From NCBI RefSeq assembly GCF_030144855.1, contig NC_082731.1, forward strand, positions 31,992,001-32,056,000: DNA of 64,000 nt, given 5' to 3'. This DNA comes from Hypanus sabinus. Lineage: Eukaryota. This document shows, piece after piece, positions 1-10,115 of the stretch. The notes beneath the pieces are model-generated. The model saw only the letters and a program-made list of their open reading frames with translations, was not told the origin of the DNA and ran no database searches. A program made the translations under genes and the position numbers. Every line of letters begins with the position of its first letter. Position 1 is the stretch's first letter.

Positions 1-2570
1 CGCTCACCCATCCCCTCATATACAGACAGGCCCCTCCCCACCGCTCACCTATCCCCTGATATACTGACAGGCCCCCCTCCCCACCGCTCACCCATCCCCT
101 CATATACAGACAGGCCCCTCCCCACCGCTCACCTATCCCCTGATATACTGACAGGCCCCCCCACCGCTCACCTATCCCCTGATATACAGACAGGCCCCCC
201 CCACCGCTCACCCATCCCCTCATATACAGACAGGCCCCTCCCACCGCTCACCTATCCCCTGATATACTGACAGGCCCCCCCCACCGCTCACCTATCCCCT
301 GATATACTGACAGGCCCCCCCACCGCTCACCTATCCCCTGATATACTGACAGGCCCCCCCCACCGCTCACCTATCCCCTGATATACAGACAGGCCCCTCC
401 CCTCGCTCACCTATCCCCTGATATACAGACAGGCCCCTCCCCACCGCTCACCCATCCCCTCATATACAGACAGGCCCCTCCCCACCGCTCACCTATCCCC
501 TGATATACTGACAGGCCCCCCCCACCGCTCACCTATCCCCTGATATACAGACAGGCCCCCCCCACCGCTCACCCATCCCCTGATATACAGACAGGCCCCC
601 CCCCCACCGCTCACCCATCCCCTCATATACAGACAGGCCCCTCCCCACCGCTCACCCATCCCCTCATATACAGACAGGCCCCCCCCCCACCGCTCACCCA
701 TCCCCTGATATACAGACAGGCCCCTCCCCACCGCTCACCCATCCCCTCATATACAGACAGGCCCCCCTCCCCACCGCTCACCCATCCCCTGATATACAGA
801 CAGGCCCCCCCCCCACCGCTCACCCATCCCCTCATATACACAGGACCCCTCCCCACAGCTCACCTATCCCCTCATATACACAGGACCCCTCCCCACCGCT
901 CACCTATCCCCTCATATACAGACAGGCCCCCTCCCCCCGCTCACCCATCCCCTCATATACAGACAGGCCCCTCCCCACTGCTCACCCAACTCCTGATATA
1001 CTGACAGGCCCCCCCCCCACCGCTCACCCATCCCCTCATATACAGACAGGCCCCCCCCCCCACCGCTCACCTATCCCCTCATATACACAGGACCCCTCCC
1101 CACCGCTCACCTATCCCCTCATATACAGACAGGCCCCCTCCCCCCGCTCACCCATCCCCTCATATACAGACAGGCCCCTCCCCACCGCTCACCTATCCCC
1201 TCATATTCAGACAGGCCCCCTCCCCACCGCTCACCCATCCCCTGATATACAGACAGGCCCCCCCCACCGCTCACCCATCCCCTCATATACACAGGACCCC
1301 TCCCCACCGCTCACCTATCCCCTCATATACAGACAGGCCCCCCCCCACCGCTCACCCATCCCCTCATATACAGACAAGCCCCCCCCCCCCCCACCGCTCA
1401 CCCATCCCCTGATATACAGACAGGCCCCCTCCCCACTGCTCACCCATCCCCTCATATACAGACAGGCCCCCCCCCACCGCTCACCCATCCCCTCATATAC
1501 AGACAGGCCCCCTCCCCACCGCTCACCCATCCCCTCATATACAGACAGGCCCCCCTCCCCACCGCTCACCCATCCCCTCATATACAGACAGGCCCCCTCC
1601 CCACCGCTCACCCATCCCCTCATACACAGACAGGCCCCCTCCCCACCGCTCACCCATCCCCTCATATACAGACAGGCCCCCTCCCCACCACTCACCCATC
1701 CCCTCATATACAGACAGGCCCCCTCCCCCCGCTCACCCATCCCCTCATATACAGACAGGCCCCCTCCCCACCGCTCACCCATCCCCTCATACACAGTCAG
1801 GCCCCTCCCCTCGCTCACCCATCCCCTGATATACAGACAGGCCCCCTCCCCACCGCTCACCCATCCCCTCATACACAGACAGGCCCCTCCCCTCGCTCAC
1901 CCATCCCCTGATATACAGACAGGCCCCTTCCCCCGCTCACCTATCCCCTCATATACAGACAGGCCCCTCCCCTCGCTCACCCATCCCCTGATATACAGAC
2001 AGGCCCCCTCCCCACCGCTCACCCATCCCCTGATATACAGACAGGCCCCCTCCCCACCGCTCACCCATCCCCTCATATACAGACAGGCCCCCCTCCCCAC
2101 CGCTCACCCATCCCCTGATATACAGACAGGCCCCCTCCCCACTGCTCACTCCATCCCCTCATATACAGACAGGCCCCCTCCCCACCGCTCACCCATCCCC
2201 TCATATACAGACAGGCCCCCTCCCCCCGCTCACCCATCCCCTCATATACAGACAAGCCCCCCCCCCCCACCGCTCACCCATCCCCTCATATACAGACAGG
2301 CCCCCTCCCCACCGCTCACCCATCCCCTGATATACAGACAGGCCCCCCCCACCGCTCACCCATCCCCTCATATACAGACAGGCCCCCCTCCCCACCGCTC
2401 ACCCATCCCCTGATATACAGACAGGCCCCCTCCCCACCACTCACCCATCCCCTCATATACAGACAGGCCCCCCTCCCCACCGCTCACCCATCCCCTGATA
2501 TACAGACAGGCCCCCTCCCCACCACTCACCCATCCCCTCATATACAGACAGGCACCCCCCCCCACCCATC
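1..2570. repeat. 41-42 bp GC-rich minisatellite (cgctcacccatcccctcatatacagacaggcccctccccac), ~60 copies, runs off the window start
   Basis: Directly visible tandem units with variable C-run length. The same unit recurs at ~49650-50095. The many short ORFs here are repeat translations. Confidence 0.97.
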
Positions 2571-2579
2571 CCCTCATAA

Positions 2580-2750
2580 ACAGGTGGTTATGAGGAGAGG
2601 GTGAGGGGAGGGGTTTATGAGGAGAGGGTGAGGGGAGGGGGTTATGAGGAGAGGGTGAGGAGTTTATGAGGAGAAGGTGAGGGGAGGGGGTTATGAGGAG
2701 AGGGTGAGGGGAGGGGTTTATGAGGAGAGGGTGAGGGGAGGTTTGGGGTG
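2580..2750. repeat. Purine-rich ~26 bp tandem repeat (ggttatgaggagagggtgaggggagg)
   Basis: Visible tandem units; same unit as the longer array at 50690-51380. Confidence 0.9.
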
Positions 2751-2760
2751 GGGGTCTCAC

Positions 2761-2869
2761 CAGGCAGTGCTCCTTGCCATGGTTTAGCCAATGGCCAGTC
2801 CGTCTGGTCCGGATGATCCGCTGCAGTTGATTGGTCTTCACCCAGATGATCTCATCCACTCTCTCTTAG
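2761..2869 (-). pseudogene. METTL3: METTL3 exon 8, second (partial) copy; premature TAA plus Gly->Arg change
   Basis: 109-nt exon between cag and gtgaga. It translates (G)[35 protein letters not shown], matching the METTL3 MT-A70 segment [39 protein letters not shown] is at 2866-2868; AGA replaces GGA at 2803-2805. Confidence 0.93.
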
Positions 2870-3472
2870 CTGATTGGTGGAGAAAAGATGCAGGGAGGTG
2901 ACAGGAAGTGGGCGACAGAGGGGGAGGGGGAGAAGGAATCAGGGAAGAGAAGAGGTGGATGTTACTGACCACTAAGGTGGGGGAATGGGTCAGTGGGGCA
3001 GGTGTGAGGGGAGGGGGAGAGGGGCGCAGGAGTGGGAGGGGGAAAGGGGGTGAAGGGGGGGAGGGGGTGAAGGGGGGAAGGGGAGGGGGGAAGTGGGAGG
3101 GGGGATTGGGAAGGGGGAGGGGGAGGGAAACAACTCCAGAGAAAACAACTCAAGTTTGCTGTCCTCTCTGTGTAGCTCCTGCCCTCTACACCAGGCAGCC
3201 TCTTCTGGATTCTCTCCAAAGCTTCCACACCCTTCCTGTAATGGGGTGACCGGCAATGAGCACAAGACTCCGGATATGGCCTGACCAGAACTTTGTAAAC
3301 CTTCAACATGAACTTCCCAGCTCCGTCCCTTAGCTGATAAAGACCTTCTTTACCACCTTATCCACCAGAGCAGTCACTTTCAGGGACCTGTGGACCAACA
3401 CCCCAAGATCCCTCTGCTAACCCCAGGGTCCACGTACAATGTACAGCACAGGAACAGGCCATTCAGCCCATA

Positions 3473-4058
3473 ACGGAGCACCTCTACTCCCTGAGGAATT
3501 TGCCGAAATTTGGCATGACATGTAAAACTTCGATAGATGTGTAGTGGAGATAATACAGAATGGCTGCATCACAGCCCGGTATGGAAACACCAAAGCCCTT
3601 TAAAGGAAAATCCTACAAGAGTAATGGATTCGGCCCATCACAGGCAAAGCCCTCCCCACCACTGAGACATCTACGCAAAGCATCGTCACAGGAAAGCAGA
3701 GTCCAACATCATGGACCCCTATCACCCTGGACGTGCTCTCTTCTCACTGCTGCCATCAGGAACAAGGTACAGGAGCTTCAGGACTCACACCAGCAGGTTC
3801 AGGAACAGTTAACACCCTTAAACATCAGGCTTTTGAACCAAAGGAGATAATTTCACTTGTCCCACCATTAAAATGTTCTCAGAGCCTATCGACTGTCTTT
3901 CAAGGACTGTTCGTTCCACGTTCTCAATATTTATTGCTTATTATTTCTTTATTTTTGTATTTGCACCATTTGCTTTTTTTGCACACTGGTTGAACTCCCC
4001 AGTTGGTGTGGTCTTTCATTGATTCTGTTATGGTTATTATTCATTATGGATTTATTGA
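3473..4058 (+). mobile_element. LINE 3' fragment (Rex1/Babar- or L2-like RT C-terminus), near-identical to 47271-47860
   Basis: Degenerate RT C-terminal coding sequence plus 3' tail. Aligns by eye with 47271-47860. Confidence 0.75.
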
Positions 4059-4766
4059 CGGTCCAGGTACAATGTACAGAACATGGAACAGTACAGCACA
4101 GGAACAGGCCATTCAGCCCACAATGTTGTGCCAAACCAGCTAAGAGGCAAATCAAACACACCCAAACACTAATCCCTCCCACCTTCTCCACGTCCATATC
4201 CCTCCATCTTCCTTACATCCAGGTGCCTATCCGAGTATCTCTTAAAAACCTCTAATGTATTTGCCTCCACCACCACACCAGGCAGCACATTCCAGGCATC
4301 CACCACTCTCTGAGTAATCAACTTACCCTCACATCCCCCCTCTCACATTCAATGCATGCACTCTGGTATTTGACAATTCTACCCTGGGCAACACTCTGTC
4401 CAATCTATCTATGCTTCTCATAACCTCTATCAGATCTCCTGATGCTCTGGAGAAAACAACCCAAGTTTGTCCAGCCTCTCGTGATAGCACATGCCCTCTC
4501 TCCTTTGGCAAACGTCTGTGCTATCCACAACATCACTGATATATGTTTCATCTGCAAAGTTACAAACCCACCCACCCACCCACATTTTCATGCGGGTCCT
4601 TTATATTTTTTGCAAACAGTAGAGGTCCCATTAGTCACAGACATCCAGTTAGAATAAGTCCCACTGACCACTATTCTCTGCCTCAGTGGGCAAGCCAGTT
4701 CTGAATCCAAACAGCCAATTTACCTTGTACCTTAAATCTTCTCCCATGAAAGACTTTGTCAAACAC

Positions 4767-4966
4767 NNNNNNNNNNNNNNNNNNNNNNNNNNNNNNNNNN
4801 NNNNNNNNNNNNNNNNNNNNNNNNNNNNNNNNNNNNNNNNNNNNNNNNNNNNNNNNNNNNNNNNNNNNNNNNNNNNNNNNNNNNNNNNNNNNNNNNNNNN
4901 NNNNNNNNNNNNNNNNNNNNNNNNNNNNNNNNNNNNNNNNNNNNNNNNNNNNNNNNNNNNNNNNNN
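4767..4966. other. Assembly gap (200 N)
   Basis: Run of 200 n. The round number suggests a placeholder of unknown true size. Confidence 0.99.
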
Positions 4967-5942
4967 CCTCAGAAACCGCTTGCTTGCAATCAAACCCATT
5001 CCTCCAATCAGCCTGCATTGGAGACTGCTCTTCGAACTGCCTCTCAGTAGCATCCCAACCACCTTGTCGGTTTTGTTTATCATATCCTGTACGGTCGTCT
5101 GCTCAACACGTCCACCACCTGATCTGCTGAGAAGCCATAAGACCATCAGATATAGGAGCAGAAGTAGGTCATTCGGCCCATCCAGTCTGCTCTGCCATTC
5201 AAACATAGGCTAATCCACTTCATCCAGTCATCCCCACTCCCCTGCTTTCACCCCATACCCTTTGATGCCCTGGCTAATCAAGAACCTATCTACCTCTGCC
5301 TTAAATACACCCAATGACCTCCACAGCCGCTCGTGGCAACAAATTCCACAGATTTACCCCCCTCTGACTAAAGTAATTTCTCTGCATCTCTGTTCTAAAA
5401 GGACGTCATTCAATCCTGAAGTCCTGCCCTCTTGTCCTAGAATCCCCTACCATGGGAAATAACTTTGCCATATCTAATCTGTTCAGGCCTTTTAATGTAT
5501 CGCAATGATTTTAATGATTCGGAATGTATCGATGAGATCCCCCCTCATTCTCCTGAACTCCAGGGAATACGGCCCAAGAGCTGCCAGACGTAAACCAACA
5601 TAGTTCCCAGAGTTTGGATGCCGTCGTATGGGTGTAAATTATATATGTTCTTTATATATTGAAATTAAGCCCAAGTTTTCAAAGTTATTATACATTGAGT
5701 TATTGCAATCCAGATTTGATGAGCCAAATGGCCTAATTCTGCCTGTATGTCTTATGGTCTTAAACTTCCTCTTTTTAGGATGTGGAAAACTTCTTTGAAC
5801 CATTTATCGATATTTTCCAGTTGAGGTGGTTGATGAAAGAACATCTGTCTCCTTTCACCCTCTAGCTCTGTGTGTCGTTACTCCCTTGGTCTCTTTTGGG
5901 GCAAGTCTTGTCATAGTTTCATCATTGTCACCCTGACGTGAG

Positions 5943-5956
5943 CCACTAGAGGGCAC
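5943..5956 (+). promoter_or_regulatory. Candidate CTCF-binding site CCACTAGAGGGCAC
   Basis: Close match to the vertebrate CTCF core consensus CCAC(C/T)AG(G/A)GGGCGC. Motif match only. Confidence 0.45.
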
Positions 5957-6439
5957 TCTGGAGTCGGTGTCATGTCTAACCTGTAATTCCTTGGAGATTG
6001 GATGCTGGTGCTGTCTCGGAGAGGGTGTTTTCCCCGAGGAAGAGCTTCACTGGCAGGACCGTCCACCTGTGGTCCCTGTTGGGTCTTTAGATACCGTTTC
6101 TGTTTACTTTGAAGCTCTATGCAAAGCACTTCAATTTGATTACACATATGTTGTTCGTCCACTTACAAAGTACAAAGTTCAAAGTAAGTTTTATAATGAA
6201 AGTACACGCATGACATCATACACTACCCTGAGATTAATTTTCCTGTGGACATATGCAACAACTCTACAGAATGGTAAATCTAACAGGATCCATGGCTGAT
6301 CCGCCCAACTAGGACTTTCAACCAGAGTGCATAAGTCAGCAAATCGTGGAAAAGCAAAAAAAGGCAATATTCTAAATAAATAAAGGAATAACTATTGAGA
6401 ACATGAGATGAAGAGTCCTTGAAAGTGAGTCCATTGGTT

Positions 6440-6915
6440 GTGGGAACATTTCAATGAAGGGGCAAGTGAAATTGAGTGAAGTTACCCCTGTTGTTCAAGA
6501 GCCCAATGTGGCTGAACCTGGTGCTGTGAGTCTTTAGGCTCCTGTACCTTCTTACTGATGGCAGCAGTGGGAAGAGAGCAGGACCTGGATGGCGGAGGTC
6601 CCTGATGATGGATGCTGTTTTCCTGTGACAACACTTCATGTAGATGTGCTCAGCGGTGGGGAGGGCTTTACCGACGATGGACTGGGCCATGTCAGCCACC
6701 TGTTATAGCATTTTCTGGTCAAGGGCTTTGGTGTTTCCATACCAGGCTGTGATGCAGCCAGTCAATAGATTCTCCACCACACACCTCTACAAGTTTGTCA
6801 AACTTTTAGCTCTCATGCCGAACCTCCACAAACTCCTGAGGAAGCAGAGGAGCTCCGTGCTTTCGTCGTAATTGCACTTGTGTGGTGGACCCAGGACAGG
6901 TCATCTGAAATGATA
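6440..6915 (-). mobile_element. LINE fragment (Rex1/Babar- or L2-like RT C-terminus)
   Basis: ORF 6451-6699: IVGKALPTAEHIYMKCCHRKTASIIRDLRHPGPALFPLLPSVRRYRSLKTHSTRF, typical of this LINE group's ORF2 C-terminus. Confidence 0.75.
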
Positions 6916-8091
6916 ACACCGAGGAATTTCAAGTTGGAGTGGTTCAGTTGAGCAGTTCCCTTGTTCAGTTGACGCAGAGATTTGCTCTTTAGACTTTATA
7001 CTGTCTCTGTCTTACTGCGTTCATTGTTTATCACAGGTCTCCTCTTCCTCTCAATCAAAGTGGTCACACCCAAATGAAACAGTGTTCCTCTGGGGGCCAA
7101 GGTGCAAAGCATATACAGCACATGCAAAATAGAGAGAGAAAAAACCAGTCACACACAAAAAAATATAGTCCAAGACTGAATGGCATGTCCTGCTAAGTGA
7201 TGGTACAGTTCAATCCAGCCTGTCATTCCACTGCTTGAACACTGGAGGGCAGCGCTGACTGGAGAGGTGATTTATTTTCTCTCTGTTTCTATTAACTCAC
7301 ATATAGGATTTTCCAACTCAGCAGCTGCATGTTTATTTAAGTACAATGAGACTGCTAACGTCCATGCACTGTTCTCTTCCCCTCTCTGGATCTTACCCCA
7401 TCCTTTTTTAAAATTCGTGCAGCAGCCACATTTCATTAGACTCGACGTGACTGGTGTATTTTGTTCTGGCCTCTTTATTCATCTTGCAAGATCAAAATAC
7501 TCTGTTTAGGCAAAACCTCAGTCATTGCGTAACAACCGGAGGCTCGGTTCTGCCCTGCTTCGGCGGTGGCAATACAACCCTGAGAATGTACTTCTCCAGA
7601 TAGCCACAAAACAGAGAAAACCAGGGAAGTCAGTTCAAAGAGAAACAGCAACCCCCCCCCACCACACACACGAAGAGAACGGCAACCCCCCAAACCCCCC
7701 TCCCTGCACAAAACACAAGAACATCAGCACAAAAACCCTCCCCCACACAAGAAAACAATTGCAAAGAACAAGTAACAACACAGAATATAAAACCCATAAG
7801 ACAGATGAAAGTCCATAGTCCGAAGTCCAAATCTATAAAGGCAGAACTTACAGTAACATCTTTCAATATCATCAACAGAGCGAGACACTCTCAAATGATT
7901 CCAAACGAAGGGTAAATAATTTGCAACCAAACTGAGAAACTCGGTGAGCAGCCATATCTATGTGTCAGTTGTCCGTCATTTTTGACAATGACGATAGGAA
8001 ACTGTGCGGGAATCATCGCCCTGGGGCAGTTCCACTCTCTCAAGCCCAAGAGCCCTACCCGGTGGTATGAGTGGTTGTCATGATTTTATAG

Positions 8092-8172
8092 GCAATTTTG
8101 TAAAAAACATGTGTAAGTTAAACTACAAGGAAAATGACAATTCTACAGCCCAGTCCAACATGCACTTGTACA
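8092..8172 (+). CDS. Candidate small phase 1-1 exon upstream of the C1 array (xNFVKNMCKLNYKENDNSTAQSNMHLY)
   Basis: Flanked by ttttatag and a consensus gtgagt donor; 81 nt; in frame with the exon at 9804. Cys-to-end spacing matches that of the C1 exons. No transcript support. Confidence 0.3.
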
Positions 8173-8179
8173 GTGAGTT

Positions 8180-8700
8180 CCCCCGTCCCTCGACACTCCC
8201 CACCATTCAGTGTGTGTCCTGCCCTCGTACACCGAGGTCCCTCTGTCCCTCGACATTCCCCACCATTCACAGTGTGTGTCCTGCCCTCATACACCGAGGT
8301 CCCCCTGTCCCTCGACACTCCCCACCAATCACAGTGTGTGTCCTGCCCTCGTACACTGAGGTCCCTCAACACTCTCCACCATTCAGTGTGTGTCCTGCCC
8401 TTGTACACCAAGGTCCCCCTGTCCCTCAACATTCCCCACCATTCACAGTGTGTGTCCTGCCCTCGTACACTGAGGTCCCTCTGTCCCTCGACACTCCCCA
8501 CCGTTCACTGTGTGTGTCCTGCCCTCATACACCGAGGTCCCTCTGTCCCTCGACACTCCCCACCGTTCACAGTGTGTGTCCTGCCCTCATACACCGAGGT
8601 CCCTCTGTCCCTCGACACTTCCCATCATTCAGTGTGTCTGTTCTATCCTCGTATACAGAGGTCCCCCTGTCCCTCAACACTCCCCACCATTCACAGTGTG
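8180..8700. repeat. 62 bp minisatellite (~8 copies), most units containing CACAGTG
   Basis: Period confirmed by CACAGTG at 8268 and 8330; further copies at 8444, 8568 and 8692. Confidence 0.93.
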
Positions 8701-8939
8701 TGCAACACACACAAAATGCTGGTGGGACGCAGCAGGCCAGGCAGCATCTATAAGGAGAAGCACTGTCGACATTTCGGGCCGAGACCCTTTGTCAGGACTA
8801 ACTGAAAGAAAAGATAGTAACAGATTTGAAAGTAGGAGGGGGAGGGGGAAATGTGAAATGATAGAAGACAGGAGGAGGTGGGGTGAAGCTAAGAGCTGGA
8901 AAGGTGATTGGCAAAAGGGATACAGAGCTGGAGAAGGGA

Positions 8940-9280
8940 AAGGGGTTAGACTATGAAGAGAGATTGAGTTGCCTGGGACTGTACTTGCTGGAATTCAGAA
9001 GAATGAGAGGAGATCTTATAGAAACATACAGAATTACGAAAGGGAAGGATAAGAAACAGGCAAGAAAGTTTTTTCCACTGGTAGGCGAGACTGGAACTAG
9101 GGGACAGGGCCTCAAGATTCGGGGGAGTAGATTTAAGACGGAGATGAGGAGGAACTGCTTTTCCCAGAGAGTGGTGAATCTCTGCCCAATGAAGCAGTGG
9201 AGGCTGCCTTAGTTAACATACTTAAGGTTGGATAGATTTTGCATAGTAGGGGTTAAGAGTTATGGGGAAAAGGCGGGAAG
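8940..9280 (+). mobile_element. CR1 LINE 3' fragment
   Basis: ORF 8883-9212 contains YEERLSCLGLYLLEFRRMRGDLIETYRI, the CR1 ORF2 C-terminal signature. Confidence 0.85.
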
Positions 9281-9803
9281 GTGGAGATGAGTCCATGGTC
9301 AGATCTAACTCTGTCCTATGAAATCATTGTTGTAAATGATGCATTTTGTTATGTTTGTACTGACGGAAATAAATTAATTTCATTCATTCATTAGATCAGC
9401 CATGATCATATTGAATGGTGGGGCAGGCTCGATGGGCCGGATGCCTACTCCTGACCCTATTTCTTACGTTCTTAAACTCCTTCTGGCATTTCCCTGCCCA
9501 TATCATTAACGGGTCTACATTGACCACACCACCACCGATCTGTGTGCCGTCTGTGAACTTAGCAACTCACCTATCCGCGTTTTAACCCAGGACCTTTATG
9601 TAAATGGCAAAGAGCAGCGGTCCCACTACAGGTCCCGGCAGAACCACCGCTAGTTACATCTCACCGGCCAGACCACTGTCTTCTGTGGGCAGGCCAATTC
9701 TGAGTCCAAACAGCCAGCTCACCATTGATCCCACGCAGCTTAACCTAGTGGATGCGCTTCCCACACAGAGCCTCCTGTGACCTCCCTCTCTCGGTCCCTC
9801 CAG

Positions 9804-10115
9804 TTCGGCCTCCCAGTGTGCAGCTGCTGGCCCCGTTCCTGGACGGGGCGGTCTGGTCAGCGAGGGCTACGCTCATCTGCAAGGCGGTGGGGTTTTACCC
9901 CGAGAAGATCTCCTTCCGGTGGATGGTGGACAGAAGGTCCCACTCCCTGCCCACGGAGCAGGACGAGCTGGTCAGGAGCAGCGGCGGCACCTACAGCGCT
10001 ACCAGTCGGATACACATCCCGTTCCTGGAGTGGGACCGGATCAGGAGTGTCTACTGCTTGGTCACACACATCTCCAAAGCCACACACTTCGTCCAGGAGT
10101 TCCGGAGAAGAGCCG
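9804..10115 (+). CDS. Ig C1-set domain exon (unique; Ig-constant-like)
   Basis: 312 nt, ccctccag/gtaaga. Translates VRPPSVQLLAP...ATLICKAVGFYPEKISFRW...GTYSATSRIHIPFLEW...VYCLVTH, with the canonical C-x3-GFYP, Trp and YxCxVxH. Confidence 0.92.

Noticed and set aside
489-2859. Numerous 60-185 aa ORFs (MGRG.../[13 protein letters not shown]...)
   Set aside because: They are translations of the 41-bp minisatellite. Only the first 34 residues of ORF 2368-2859 are real (METTL3 exon 8).
7088-7115. tctgggggccaaggtgcaaag, resembling a J-segment WGQG motif
   Set aside because: It needs a frameshift and has no RSS or donor. A similar sequence occurs at ~54541-54570, indicating a dispersed repeat.
7729-7737. 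Perfect RSS nonamer ACAAAAACC
   Set aside because: There is no heptamer at 12 or 23 bp spacing, and it lies in an A/C-rich repeat-derived tract.
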